In this document: piece by piece, positions 40,851 to 54,416 of the stretch
How positions within the stretch are numbered: position 1 is the stretch's first letter
Layout: every line of letters begins with the position of its first letter
The notes under the pieces: model-generated
The model's database searches: none
What the model was told of the DNA's origin: nothing
The model's input: only the letters and a program-made list of their open reading frames with translations
Origin: Octopus vulgaris
Lineage: Eukaryota
Assembly: GCA_951406725.2 (NCBI GenBank)
Contig: OX597835.1
Coordinates: forward strand, 16,244,001-16,308,000
Length of the DNA stretch: 64,000 bases
Direction of reading: 5' to 3'
Made by a program: the position numbers and the translations under genes

Positions 40851-40958
40851 GAGACAGCGGATGGCCCCGTGGACCTGACAGGCTCTCCCAAACCAGTGTG
40901 GGTTTCAGGTTGAAAGCTTCTCTTGAATGTTTGCAAGTCAACTTTGGACTGTTTACAG
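40851..40958 (+). other. Candidate 108-bp internal exon
   Basis: tttttttag| acceptor and CAG|gtgagt donor; unique, GC-richer sequence; one open phase-1 frame (DSGWPRGPDRLSQTSVGFRLKASLECLQVNFGLFT); product not recognised. Confidence 0.45.
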
Positions 40959-41159
40959 GTGAGTTGGTCATGGACACAGCAGAGGTGCAGGCATGGCTGT
41001 GTGGTAAGAAGCTTGCTTCAAAACCACATGGTTACACCTTGTGTAAATGTCTTCTACTACAGCCTTAGGTCAACCAAATCCTTGTGAATGAATTTGGTAA
41101 GCAGAAATTGAAAGAAGCCCATTGTGTGTATGTGTGTGTGTGTATATATATCATATATA

Positions 41160-41387
41160 TTTCTTTACTGCCCAGAAGGGGCTAAACATAGAGGGGACAA
41201 ACAAGGACAGACATAGGTATTAAGTCGATTATATCGCCCCCAGTGCGAAACTAGTACTTTATTTATCGACCCCGAAAGGATGAAAGGCAAAGTTGACCTC
41301 GGCAGAATTTGAACTCAGAACGTAACAACAGACGAAATACCGCTAAGCATTTTGCCCGGCGTGCTAACGTGTCTGCCAGCTCACCTT
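41160..41387 (-). mobile_element. SINE family D
   Basis: Matches the 50730 copy. Confidence 0.88.
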
Positions 41388-41519
41388 ATATATATATATA
41401 CACACACACATGCATACCTATTTACATATTCTCGATTGGTGTTTTTGGGTGATTATAGTCCCTGTTAGTATATATGTTTACAATTATGTGCTTTGACTAC
41501 TACATCATTAGAGCATTTG

Positions 41520-41790
41520 ATCACAGTTTCGATTCCCAGACCGGGTGTTGAGAGTGTTTATTGAGCGAAAACACCTAAAGCTCCACGAGGCTCCGGCAGG
41601 GGGTGGTGGCAATCCCTGCTGTACTCTTTCACCACAACTTTCTCTTTTTGTTATGTTGGCCTGCTCACTTTGCCAGCGGGGTGGCGTCATTTGAAGGCTA
41701 AAACAATGCAAAGCGCATTGTGACCAGCGATGTGTAGCAACATCTGATAGCCTGGTCGGTCACGGTGATCACGGTGATCATGGTGATATG
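41520..41790 (+). mobile_element. SINE family C body with tail type 4
   Basis: Shared gtttcgattcccagaccggg...caactttctct body, then a distinct tail ending (cacggtgat)n. Confidence 0.8.
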
Positions 41791-42129
41791 TGTGTAATAT
41801 GAAACCCATTTTGTTGTTGACTTTCTTGTTATACTGAAGTCTATGAATATGGAAGCAACTGGAATATAATTTTGGCATGATGGTTCCGTGTGTAATCGGA
41901 AAGAATTTTAGAACTGCAAAAGTTTCTGCAATGCAGAAGCTGTTCTAAATGCAAACATCTTCCAAAGATTCTGGGATCAATTCAATTGGAATAAAATTCT
42001 CACTGCTACAAAATAAATAAATAAATAAATCACTTTTGAAGGAACAAGCATGGCTTTAGTGGTTAAGACGCTTGCTTTGTAACCAGTTCGTTTCAGGTTC
42101 AGTCCCACTGTGCAGCACCTGTATATAAA

Positions 42130-42485
42130 AGGGTAAAGGGTAAAGAACCCCTTCGGTCATGAATGACCATGGGATTGCACCGAGAATGTTCCCCTCCAAG
42201 GCACAAGTCTGGGCAGGGTTGTTTATAGAAGACCAGAAGTCACCAATGCATACCATTCTCCAATCTCCATGCCACCAATGTTATCCAAGGGAAAGGCAAA
42301 GGGGCCAATACAGTTTGGGGCCAATCACATCACAACTCATATCGATGGCTGAGTGAATTGGAGCAATGTGAAAATAAAGTGTCTTGATCAAGAACACAAC
42401 ACATAACAAGTCCAGGAATCGAACTCACAACCTCATGGTTGTGAGCCTGACGCTCTAACCACTGAGCCACCAATAACCTTCATGT
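42130..42485 (-). mobile_element. SINE family E nested in an old SINE B
   Basis: B head at ~42050-42120 and B tail at ~42500-42730 flank it. Confidence 0.8.
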
Positions 42486-43484
42486 GTATGTGGTGTGTGT
42501 GTGTTGGGGGGGGGGTGCATGTGTGTGTGTTGTGTTTGTCCCTTACCACTTCTAGACAACTGGTGTCGGTTTATTTATGTCCCCATAACTTAGCAGTTCA
42601 ACAAAGAGACTGACAGAATAAGCTGAAGAATAAGATAAAGAATAACTATTGGGGTCGATTTCTTTGACTAAACTCTTGAAGGTGGTGCTCCAGTATGGTC
42701 GCATTCCAACAACTGGAAACAGAGATCAAAGATACAAACTCTTTACTGTTTTTTTTTTCCCTCAGATGTGGTCCCTGTATGTTGGACTTGGTGACTAAAT
42801 AGTAGGAGCAGGGACAAGAAGGGTACCCAGCCGTGAAGACCCTACTTCAGAGAACAAGCCTAACCCATGCGGAAGGGAAATGTTTCTGCCATCACCACAG
42901 ATGATGACGACGATGATGATGATGACAATGATGATGATGATGATGACGATGAGGGGGAGGATGGGGATTGTGGTGGTAGTAGTGGCAATTGAGGAGGAGG
43001 AAGATGGTTGTGGTGATAGTGATGGTGATAATGATGATGATGATGATGATGATGAAGAAGATGATGATGATGAAGGTGATGATGATGATGATAGTAGTAG
43101 TGGTGGTGGTGATGATTATGGTAGTGGTGGTAGTGATGGTGGTGGTGGTGGTGGTGGTGGTGGTGGTGATGTCAGTGGTTGTGGTACTGTTGCTGCTGAT
43201 GCTGTTGCTGCTGCTGGTGGTATTGCTGGTGGTGGTGATAATGATGATGATGATGATGATGATGATGGTGGCTTTACTTCCATCTCAAACCACCATGTAA
43301 CCAACCCTCCCTTCTAAAATACCCCTCATCAGTAAATGACACCCCCACCTCAAAAGCTACCCTGCATTATATAACGACAAGCCATCTCTTGTCTTAAAGT
43401 CTGTCTGCTCCCATCGCATAAAAAGCATCCCTTTTCTGTAGAAACCCAACAAAAAAAAATGAAAAATAAAAAAAGAATACAGAC

Positions 43485-43885
43485 ATAGGCATGGCTGTGT
43501 GGTAAGAAGCTTGCTTCCCAATTACACGATTCTGGGTTCAGTTCCACTGCAGGGCATCCTGGGCAAGTGTCTTCTACTCTAGGCTCAGGCCAGCCAAAGC
43601 CCTGAAAGTGAATTTGATTGATGGAAACTGAAAGAAGCTTGTTGAATGTACATATATATATATGTATATCTATGTGTGTGCGTGTGTCATTGTGTCTGTG
43701 TTTGTCCCCCACAGCCACTTGACAACCGGTGTTGGTGGGTTTATGTTCCTCCATAACTTAGCAGTTTGGCAAAAGAGACTGATAGAATAAGTACTGGGAT
43801 TGATTCGTTTGACTAAAAATTTCTTCAAGGCAGTGCCCCAGCATGGCCGCAGTCTAATGACCGAAGCAAGCAATAGATAAAAGAA
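43485..43885 (+). mobile_element. SINE family B, older subfamily
   Basis: Diverged match to the 9939 copy. Confidence 0.85.
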
Positions 43886-44250
43886 AAAAGATAAATAAAG
43901 AAACAATAACAAGAACCAAAAAAGAAAAAGGAAATAAAAAACATTCAAAATTGTTGAAGATATTACATAAAACACACATACACACACACACACACAAACA
44001 TATACACACCACACATACAAATGCACACAGAGAGACAAACACACACACACACATGCACACTCACACAATCACACACACATGCACACTCACACACAATCAC
44101 ACACACACACACATGCACACTCACACACAATCACACACTCACACACAATCACACACACACACACACACATGCACACTCACACACACACATACACACACAC
44201 ACATGCACACTCACACAATCACACACACACACACATGCACACACATGCGT

Positions 44251-44278
<28 letters not shown>

Positions 44279-44292
<14 letters not shown>

Positions 44293-44515
44293 GCACACAT
44301 GCACACACATAAAACAAAAGCCGAAGTGGAGGACTGTTTAATAATTAAATCTTGTAGCAGAAGAATTCCACGGAATCAAGAGAAGAAATATCGGTCACAC
44401 ACACGTGCGCGCACACATGCACACACATAAAACAAAAGCCGAAGTGGAGGACTGTTTAATAATTAAATCTTGTAGCAGAAGAATTCCACGGAATCAAGAG
44501 AAGAAATATCGGTCA
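44279..44515. repeat. Tandem duplication, 118-bp period
   Basis: cacgtgcgcgcacacatg...gaagaaatatcggtca twice (cacgtg at 44284 and 44402). Confidence 0.95.
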
Positions 44516-44657
44516 TTTGTAACAAATGACCATTAGCAGATGTTTTAGAACATAATATATTAATGTCTTGATGCCAAACATTGATGATGATGAATCTCTG
44601 ACATTTAAACCAGCAGAACCAGAAAGCTGATACAAGAAGAACCAAGGCCTTCATTTA

Positions 44658-44703
<46 letters not shown>

Positions 44704-44775
44704 GAAGATGTCACACAATATCCAATATTGTGATGTTGTAAATTGAACATCATCATTATTATTATTATTATTATT

Positions 44776-45328
44776 ATGAGTGAGAGAGCAGTGCATGCCA
44801 TCAAAGTGACACTGGGGTAAAATATACGAAGCCCAATATACCCATCATAACTACCCGTCTGATAAGAGAAGACCAGGCACGTGCATCACAACCATATGTG
44901 CGCAACATGGTGATATTATATCAAAATAAACAGCACATGACCTTGCAGGTGGGGCCCAGTTAGAATTTTCTTCTGGTCGAGTAACCATCCTGCTCAAAAG
45001 GTCCCTGAATAAGGGTCGTTTAAGGATGTTGAACGAAACACCCATGTTTCCAGAGGTGAATTATTCAAACCCCAAAGAATCCCTCTCTCAACACATGGCT
45101 ATGATGCTCCCCCACTACTTTTGCTCGTGATCAGAGATGCACATACCGTCAGCCACTAAGGGACATGCTCAACTGGTTAAGGTAAAACAACTGACAAGCA
45201 AATCTGTGGTATTGAGCAGAATATTTGCTGTAGCCCATCTTTTATACCAAGACAAAACAATGTACATGATAACACTTCCAATCAGTTAAGATCAGAAACC
45301 ATGAGAGCCACTGTCTGGTACTGCATTG
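44776..45328 (-). mobile_element. Unclassified interspersed repeat H with (TAA)n at its end
   Basis: Second copy at 32052; no ORF or tRNA head seen. Confidence 0.75.
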
Positions 45329-45404
45329 TTAATTACTATAAAAGAAATCATTACTATTATTTTTATTATTATTATTATTTTCAAATACACTCAACAGATT
45401 AGAC

Positions 45405-45670
45405 CAGTGGTTCCCAAACTTTTTCGGGCTGCCGCCCCCTTGATTCTAAGGCCACATTCCTAGTGCCCCCCCCCCCCCTTCACCATCACAGACATTGACC
45501 AGTATTTCACTAATAAAACTTAATCTACTTAACTCTTTATTTTATTTGTCTTTTTACATCCATTGCTCCGTTTTGGTACCCCCGTTATCGCCCCACTTTT
45601 CTTTAAGGCCCCCTGGATCTTTCCACCACCCCCAGGGGTGGGGCGGTACCACCCACTTTGGGAACCGTTG
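45405..45670. mobile_element. hAT-type (Charlie-like) MITE
   Basis: TIRs cagtggttcccaaa / tttgggaaccgttg; 8-bp target duplication gattagac/gattaaac. Confidence 0.88.
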
Positions 45671-45738
45671 GATTAAACTGCTGGAAAAGAAGAGAAACCT
45701 AACATTGGGTTACAACAAGTAACCTTAGATGCCAAGAA

Positions 45739-45771
<33 letters not shown>

Positions 45772-45772
<1 letters not shown>

Positions 45773-46074
45773 TATGTTTGACTTTTGTTTTATATTTGTA
45801 CAAGTTGGCTCCAAGTCTCACCCAGAGACCTCAAGAGACAACAGGTTGGAAGTTCATGTTATGCCTAGTGTGCCATATATTTGGTTTTGTATTTAGTGTT
45901 GTACTAGTGAATGTCTTAAAAAAAAAAAAAACATACGAAAATTGTTTGTTTTAAAACTTGAGATTACATAGTAAGTATTTTGCGTAGGATATGAGCAGTT
46001 CCCATGAGCACTATCTTTTGAATTTCTCCCATTTTGGGGTTTCCTGGTATCTGAGTTAGGTAGCAATTAGCCCC

Positions 46075-46078
<4 letters not shown>
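45772..46078 (-). mobile_element. R4/Dong-like non-LTR retrotransposon 3' end in (TAA)n
   Basis: KGANCYLTQIPGNPKMGEIQKIVLMGTAHILRKILTM* resembles the R4/Dong C-terminal QK.VL.GTA.ILRK motif; (TTA)n on both sides. Confidence 0.75.
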
Positions 46079-46129
<51 letters not shown>

Positions 46130-46131
46130 TT

Positions 46132-46172
<41 letters not shown>

Positions 46173-46492
46173 TGAAATTGTAAAGCAGTGAGCTGGCAGA
46201 ATCGTTAGTGTGCTAGACAAAATGCTTAGTGGTATTTCACCCCTCACTGTGATCTGAGTTCAAATTCCGCTATGGTCGACATTGCCTTTCAACTGTTTTT
46301 TTTTTTTTTTTGGTGAGGGGAGGTAGGGTTGATAAAATAAGTACCAGTTAAGCGCTGGGGTTGTTCTAAGCGACTTACCCTTCCTCCAAACTTGCTGGCC
46401 TTGTGCAAAAATTCGAAATTTCCATCATCATCATTATTATTATTATTATTATAAAAGAAATCATCATCATCCTCCTCATCATAATCATTATT

Positions 46493-46879
46493 GGATGGAA
46501 GCACTCCGTCGGTTCCGACGACGAGGGTTCCGGTTGATCCGATCAACGGAACAGCCTGCTCATGAAATTAACGTGTAAGTGGCTGAGCACTCCACAGACA
46601 CATGTACCCTTACCGTAGTTCTCAGGGATATTCAGCGTGACACAGAGAGTGACAAGGCTGGCCCTTTTGAAATACAGGTACAACAGAAACAGGAAGTAAG
46701 AGTGAGAGAAAGTTGTGGTGAAAGAGTACAGCAGGGGTCACCACCATCCCCTGCCGGAGCCTCGTGGAACTTTTAGGTGTTTTCGCTCAATAAACACTCA
46801 CAACGCCCGGTTTGGGAATCGAAACCGCGATCCTACGACCGCGAGTCCGCTGCCCTAACCACTGGGCTATTGCGCCTCC
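46493..46879 (-). mobile_element. SINE family C (tRNA-derived head), tail type 1
   Basis: 11-bp target duplication taatcattatt; same tail as the 49136 copy. Confidence 0.9.
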
Positions 46880-47619
46880 TAATCATTATTATCATTATCA
46901 TCATAAAAGAAATTATTATTATTGTTATTATTATTATAACGGAAATTATCATTATTACTTTTACTATTATTATTATTATTATTTGGCCTTATTGGACATT
47001 ACTCTGAAGCATTGGATATTTATTAAAACCATCCGCAAAAAGAAAAGAAAGAAAATTCATTACAAAAAAATATAAATAAATAATAAAATAAAATGTTTAT
47101 TTTGTTTCGTCATTTTTATCTGTTTCCGATCCATTATTTTGTTTTCCTTAATTTATAAATCTATATAAATTGATTCTGCATACTTATAGATTTTCACGAG
47201 AGAAGAAAAAAATCTGTGTTTTTAGGGTTAAATAAACCTGCAAATTTATAGATTTTTAAATTCCGTTATTGACACATACAAGCATTGTTGTTCGTTGGTT
47301 GAATGCACAAAACAACGGATAAAGAAAAGGGTTTGGTTCGTATTCTGCAGCATGAAGGGTGGAGTACTTGGGTAGTTGGGTGGTTGGTGGGGCGGGGGTG
47401 GGGATTCACTGCCCCTGAGTAAAACATTTGAAAAAATTTCAAACCATCCGGTTTTCAAACTGGGCCCAGGGCCATGGCTGATTGATTAATAGAATATTTG
47501 TTAGCCACAGCATTGGGCTAGATGAAATAAATTGACTTTCAATTAGAACCATGATTAACAGTATCATCATTTGATGTTTTCCAAGATGCCAATGCTGCTG
47601 GTGTTGCTGCTGCTGTTTG

Positions 47620-47999
47620 TTTGTTTGTTTGTTGATCGAAGTGGTCTTCATCCCGTCTGTAGTGGGAGAAGTCCGAAACGTGGTCCTTTGCTATTCGTAA
47701 GACCTGCAGAAGAGAAAGTAGGTCAACCCCCGACACCGAGAGCATCGACGGATGGATGAATGCGCATCCAGGCTCAGCGGTTGCGTAGGAAGTCGGGGAC
47801 AAGAAACAGGTAGAAAAAGTGAGAGAAAGTTGGGGCAAAAGAGTACAACAGGGGTCACCGCCCCCCCTGCTGTCGGAGCTTCGTGGAGCTTTAGGTGTTT
47901 TCGCTCAATAAACACACACAATGCCCGGTCTGGGAATCGAAACCGCGATCATCCGACTGCGAGTTCGCTGCCCTAACCATTGGGCCATTGCGCCTCCAC
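47620..47999 (-). mobile_element. SINE family C, tail type 2
   Basis: Same head and body, unrelated tail ending (AAAC)n; flanking tgctgctgctgtt duplication. Confidence 0.88.
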
Positions 48000-49135
48000 T
48001 GCTGCTGCTGTTGCTGCTGCTGCTGATGATGATGTTAGTCATTGCTGTAATTGATGGACAATTATTTCATTAATCCTTATGATCCTTTAACAACAGTTAT
48101 TTCACCAATCCTCGGCCTGTGACAAGACCAGAACTTAGACTTTGTGGGTGACCCTAGGCCGAGAGGTTTTAAGGGGACCGCTATGATTTTGCAAATGTAA
48201 GACTTTAACTGTTTAGATGCAAACAATAGGACTGAGTACTGTAAAAAAAAAATAAACATAACATTGTAAATAATCTAAACTCGATCTAACTTTTTTTGGC
48301 TGTTTAGTCATTTTGACTGCGGTCTGAGCAAAATCAAATCGATTTGTATTCTTTGGCCAAAAATATTCTACCTGTTTTATGTTCAAACTAGCTAGATCTG
48401 GTCAATCTAGGGGGACAAACACAGACACCAACACCATACAATATACATATATTTTATAAATATATAACAGTTTCCGTCTACCTCCACTCACAAATCTGCC
48501 ATAGCTACAAGACTTAAATGCCACGCAGTGACTTAATTCAGAACAAAGTGGATGAAGAAGCATTAATTTTGGTAGAATGGTATGTATTCTGGAAAATATG
48601 ATAATTTTAAACTCCAGGCTTTAGGCTTCTCTGGCTTAAAGGGACCCCCCACTACCAATTCTTGCTTGTCTCCACTTCACAAGCTTGGAAGGGGCCTGAA
48701 CCATGGCTCATATTGACACTTACATAATCCACCCCTGGCCATGACTAACAATTGCTTTATCAATCCCATGACTGTGACTAACAATTATTTTAATCAGTCA
48801 CAGAGTTATGACTAACAATTATTCTAACAATTCGGAATGAAGAAAAAAAGCCAAATTTGTCATTGGTGGATCATGAAGAGAAAAACATAAAGGCATCATG
48901 TCTAAATGTCACATATGATCAATTATAAACCAACACAGCAACCTCTACATGATACCTCAATCTGCTAGATATAGCAGTCAAATCTCTAAATCATTGGTTC
49001 TAAAAAATGACAATTACCAGCCAACCCACCAAAAATAGGGTAATATTCACTCCTTGCCTTCATTTATGAGAAGATAAAATAGAATTTACATCTTCATAAT
49101 TCTTCTTTCTTCACCAAGGCAATAGATATCATCAA

Positions 49136-49520
49136 GTGGAGGCGCAATGGCCCAGTGGTTAGGACAGCGGACTCATGGTCGTAGGATCGCGGTTTCAATT
49201 CCCAGACCGGGCAGGGATGGTGGTGATCCCTGCTGTATGGTGGTGATCCCTGGTGTATGGTGGGATGGTGGTGATCCCTGCTGTACTCTTTCACCACAAC
49301 TTTCTCTCACTCTTACTTCCTGTTTCTGTTGTACCTGTATTTCAAAGGGCCGGCCTTGTCACTCTCTGTGTCACGCTGAATATCCCCGAGAACTATGTTA
49401 AGGGTACACGTGTCTGTGGAGTGCTCAGCCATTTACACGTTAATTTCACGAGCAGGCTGTTCCGTTGATCGGATCAACTGGAACCCTCGTCGTCATAACC
49501 GACGGAGTGCTTTCCCATCC
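49136..49520 (+). mobile_element. SINE family C, tail type 1
   Basis: 11-bp target duplication agatatcatca; internal triplication of atggtggtgatccctg. Confidence 0.9.
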
Positions 49521-49524
49521 AGAT

Positions 49525-50006
49525 ATCATCATCATCATCATTGTTTAACGTCCATTTTCCATGCTAGCATGGCTTGGACGGTTCGACCAGGGTCTGGGAA
49601 ACCAGGAGGCTGCACCAGGCTCCAGTCTGATCTGGCAGTGTTTCTACAGCTGGATGCCCTTCCTAACGCCAACCACTCCGTGAGTGCAGTGGGTGCTTTT
49701 TACGTGCCACCGGCACAGGGGCCAGAGGAGGCTGGCAATGTCCACAATCGGTTGTTGCTTTTTATGTGCCACTGGCAAAGACACCAGTCAAGACAGCGCT
49801 GGCATTGGCCACGATCAGACGCTGTTTTTGACGTGCTACCAGCATGGATGTCACAACTACAATTTCCATTTGATTTTTATTTTAATGCTAATGTACTTGA
49901 CTCAATAGGTATCCTCAAGCACAGCAGGTTGCCCTACGATCCAAGGTAAGCACAGCAGGCCGTCCTGTGAACCATGAACTCACTTTATTTGTCGGGTCTT
50001 CACAGT
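49525..50006 (-). mobile_element. Longest family A copy, reaching a probable ORF end
   Basis: Distal end reads TVKTRQIK* on the minus strand; no tRNA head in any family A copy. Confidence 0.75.
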
Positions 50007-50160
50007 CGACATGTTTAACTTTTTAATGTTTAAACTGACCATATCAGTCCAAAATATTCTGCCTGTTTTATCTTGAAAGTGGTTAAATCTGGTCTCTCAC
50101 ACTCATCCTAAAATACTATTCTAAAAATAAACAATCAGACCGTCGAAATCTCAAAGTCAC

Positions 50161-50630
50161 AAATTTGATGTCAATATTATTATTGTTGACAAGGTGGCAA
50201 GCTGACACAATCCTAAGCACATCAGACGAAATGCCCAGTGGCATTTCATCTATCCTTACGTTCTGAGTTCAAATTCCGTTGAGGTCCACTTTGCCTTTCA
50301 TCCTTTCAGGGTCGATAAAATAGGTACCAGTTGAGTACTGGGGTTGATGTAATTGACTTATTCCTTCCCCAGAATTTACTGGCCTTGTGCCAAAATTTGA
50401 TGTCAATATTATTCTTGTTGACAAGACGGCAAGCTGACACAATCCTAAGCACATCAGACGAAATGCCCAGTGGCATTTCATCAATTTTCATGTTCTGAGT
50501 TCAAATCCCGCTGAGATCCACTTAAACATTCATCAGTTTGAGAGTCAATAAAATAAGTACCAGTTATACACTGGGGTCAATGTAATTGACTAACCCTCTC
50601 CCTACAACAAATTTCAGATCTTGTGCCTAG
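50161..50630 (+). repeat. Tandem duplication (~232 bp) of an old SINE D-related unit
   Basis: aaatttgatgtcaatattatt...gaaatgcccagtggcatttcatc at 50161 and 50393. Confidence 0.85.
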
Positions 50631-50729
50631 AGTATGAAGAATTATAAAGGATCGTTAATTGCCTGACTTATTAGAACATTAGCAAAAATATGTCTAACTA
50701 ATTACAATAGTTTTGGTCAATAGAGTACC

Positions 50730-50960
50730 TATTTCTTTATTACCCACAAGGGGCTAAACATAGAGGGGACAAACAAGGACAGACATAGGTATTAAGTCGA
50801 TTACATCGACCCCAGTGCGTAACTGGTACTTAATTTATCGACCCCGAAAGGATGAAAGGCAAAGTCGACCTCGGCGGAATTTGAACTCAGAACGTAGCGG
50901 CAGACGAAATACCGCTAAGCATTTCGCCCGGCGTGCTAACGTTTCTGCCAGCTCGCCGCC
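50730..50960 (-). mobile_element. SINE family D, full length and young
   Basis: Perfect 18-bp target duplication tttggtcaatagagtacc (50712-50729, 50961-50978); B-box-like gagttcaaattcc; central gcctttcatcctttcggggtcgataaa block. Confidence 0.93.
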
Positions 50961-51229
50961 TTTGGTCAATAGAGTACCAGTAATATCATGGGGTGGTCTG
51001 TGATTGGCCTCCTCACTGCCATCAAACTCATGGAATTATTATTAAGAGCTTTGTTAACGACTGGTAATTAGCTGATTGACTGACCAACTGGCCAACTGAC
51101 CGCAGTAGTTTTGGTCAACAGAATGAAGGAGAAAAGTTGTGTGTCTCAATAAATTATGGAATTTAATGTCTGGCTTTATAATAAATGGTATCTGGTGGAA
51201 GCGACATCTTCTTGTCTTCTTTTGCAAGA

Positions 51230-51477
51230 ATGGCGGTGGTGATCACATGGTGATGGTGTTTGTAGTAGTAGTGGTGGTGGTGGTGGTGGTATGTTGATTG
51301 TATCGATGCTGGTGCTGGTGGTAGTGTTGGTAGGACAGCGTGGTGGAGCTAGTGGTGATAGTGATGGTATCATAATGGTGGTAATGGTAGCAATGATTAT
51401 GGTGGTGGCGGTGGTGGCGTTATGATGATTACGGTGATGGTGGTGGTTGAAATGACACGATAGTGATGATATTGGTG

Positions 51478-51567
<90 letters not shown>

Positions 51568-53165
51568 TTTGTGGTGGTGGTGGTGTTAGTGATGGTATAG
51601 TGATTATGCTGGGGTCGAGCAGGGTCAATGATGGTGGTGGTGATTATAGTGGTGGCGGTGGTGGTGGTGGTATTGGTGCACATGTGTGTGTAGTGGAGCA
51701 TAATGGTAGATCGATGGTGGTGGCAATGGACTGCTGACCATCTTGGTGATGATGTTGGCTGTGATAATAATGACGACATTAGAGGTGCCGGTGGGTGTCG
51801 ATGGATGGTGTTGCTGGCAGCAATGGTCACTAAGACAGAGAGAGAGAGAGAGAGAGAGAAGCAGACTGATTGATGCTGTGTTCACATTCCACACGAGGAA
51901 GAAGAGATAGAAACCAACTTTCAGTCTGGAAGAGATGGAATCTAATTACCACTGCGGCAGTTTTTATGACAAATATCCAGCACAGAGGAACGATGACAGG
52001 TTGGCTGTGTGTGTGTGAGTGCATGTGTGTGTGTGTGTGCAAGTGAACGTGTGTGTGTGTGTGCATGTGTGTGTGTGTGTGTGTGTGTGTGCAAGTGAAC
52101 GTGTGTGTGTGTGTGTGTGAACGTGTGTGTGTGTGTGTGTGCAAGTGAACGTGTGTGTGTGTGTGTGCAAGTGAACGTGTGTGTGTGTGTGTGTGCAAGT
52201 GAACGCATGTGTGTGTGTGTGTGCATCTGTCAGTGTACATGAGTGTGCTTCTGTCAGTGAGTGTATGTATGTGTGTGTGTCGATATGTGTGTGTATGTGT
52301 GTGCGCGCGTCCATATGTATGTGTCCGTGTACGAGTCTGTATCTGTGTGTCGATGTGTGTGTGTGTGTCGATATGTGTATGTCGATGTGTGTGTGTGTGT
52401 GTGTGCGCGTCCATATGTATGTGTCCGTGTATGAGTCTGTATCTATGTGTGTCGATGTGTGTGTGTGTGTGTCCATATGTATGTGTCTGTGTGTGAGTCT
52501 GTATCCATGTGTGTGTTTATACAAGTGAATCTGTCTGTCAGTGCATGTGTGTGTGTATGTGTACAAGTGAACATATGTATATGTGTGTGTGTGTGTGTGT
52601 GTGTATGTGTGTGTCTGTTTTGTGTGTGTGTGTGTGTCTTTCAGTGCACATGTGTGTGCGTGTATGTGTGCAAGTGAAAATATGTATATATGTGTATGTG
52701 TGTGTGTGTTTATAGTTATGTCTGGTTGCATGTATAGCTCTGTGTGTATGTGTGTGTATGCATATAGTTGTGTGTGTACTATGTGTAGTGTATGCATCCA
52801 TGTAAGTGTATGTGTGTGTAGCATGTGTATCTGTGTGTGTGTGGATGTGGTTGTCTATATGTGTGCAATTGTTTATGTGTGTGACAGGATGTTTGTCTCT
52901 GTGTGCGTATACATGCTATGTCTGTATATGCGTGTGTGTGTGTGTCCGTGTGTGCATGTGTGTGCGGGTGTAACTGTGTATATTAACATGTATGTCTGTG
53001 TGTACAGTTGTGTATGTTTGTATGTATATGCTTATTGTCTAAGTGTTTATGTTTGTGTGTGTGTGTGCACATGTCTGGCTATCAATGATGTGATGATAAT
53101 GATGTTGATGATGATGATGATGACGAAGATGATGTTGATGATGATGATGATGGCAATAATGATTT
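51230..53165. repeat. Trinucleotide and (TG)n compound microsatellites, including a tgcaagtgaacg(tg)n minisatellite
   Basis: Direct inspection. Confidence 0.92.
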
Positions 53166-53362
53166 AGTGATAGGTGAGAGGTGGGGGGGCACTGATGACA
53201 GTGCCAATGGGATTGGTGAAGCTGGTGGTGACAATGATGTTGAACATAATCACAAAATTGATGACAATTATTGTTGTTGTTTTTGTTGTTGTTTAGCCCC
53301 AGGTCAGTCCTGATCAAGGAGACAATCAATGATCAAATGAAATTTTTTTTTTTTTACTAAAT

Positions 53363-53760
53363 GTGCAGGAGTGGCTGTGTGGTAAGTAGCTTGCTTACCA
53401 ATCACATGGTTCTGGGTTCAGTCCCACTGCATGGCACCTTGGGCAAGTGTCTTCTACTATAGCCTCGGGCCGACCAAAGCCTTGTGAGTGGATTTGGTAG
53501 AGGGAAACTGAAAGAAGCCCGTCATACATATATATATATATATGTATGTGTATATGTTTGTGAGTCTGTGTTTGCCTCCCCAACATCACTTGACAACCGA
53601 TGCTGGTGTGTTTACGTCCCCATAACTTAGCAGTTCGGCAAAAGAAACCAATAGAATAAGTACTAAGCTCACAAAGAATAAATCCTGGGGTCGATTTGCT
53701 TGACTAAAGGCGGTGCTCCAGCATGGCCGCAGTCAAATGACTGAAACAAATGAAAGAATA
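53363..53760 (+). mobile_element. SINE family B, full length
   Basis: Matches the 9939 copy. Confidence 0.9.
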
Positions 53761-54194
53761 AAAGAACAAAGAATAAAATCACTTTGAACAATGTGTACAT
53801 ATCCTTCCTTTCTTCAGACCTTAGAATGTGATTTGGTGAAGGTCTGACTGCTCTTTCTACCAACTGAAGCGACCACTTAGATTCTTTATTGTTAGTTCAT
53901 AATGATAATGTTGATGATAATGATGATGATGACAATGATGATGAGGAGGAGCTACAGAACCTGTCCAGCTGAAAAGGTATCCAGATTCCAATCGTCTGTT
54001 GTGGCATGGTTTCTATGACTGGATGCCCTTCCTAATGCCAACCACTTTAGACAGTATGCTGGGTGCTTTTCACATGCCACTGGCACAGGTGCAGTTATGC
54101 AACACAGGAACAGATGCATTACCTGACACTGTCACCTGTAATGGACAAACTTGGATGTATGGATGACAACAATTTTCCTTAGCTTTTCAGCTAA

Positions 54195-54416
54195 GGGACA
54201 AACAGACACACAAACACACACACGCATATATATACATATATATACATATATACGATGGGCTTCTTTCAGTTTCCATCTACCAAATCCACTCACAAGGCTT
54301 TGGTCGACCCGAGGCTATAGTAGAAGACACTTGCCCAAGGTGCCACGCAATAGGACTGAACCCAGAACCATGTGGTTGGTAAGCAAGCTACTTACCACAC
54401 ATCCACTCCAGCGCCT
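54195..54416 (-). mobile_element. SINE family B, 5' half
   Basis: Reverse complement of the B head. Confidence 0.88.

Noticed and set aside
42880-43317. Asp/Gly/Met-rich ORFs
   Set aside because: Trinucleotide microsatellite translation
49136-49215. tRNA gene (and the other SINE heads)
   Set aside because: tRNA-like heads continue into SINE bodies with target duplications; acceptor stems do not close
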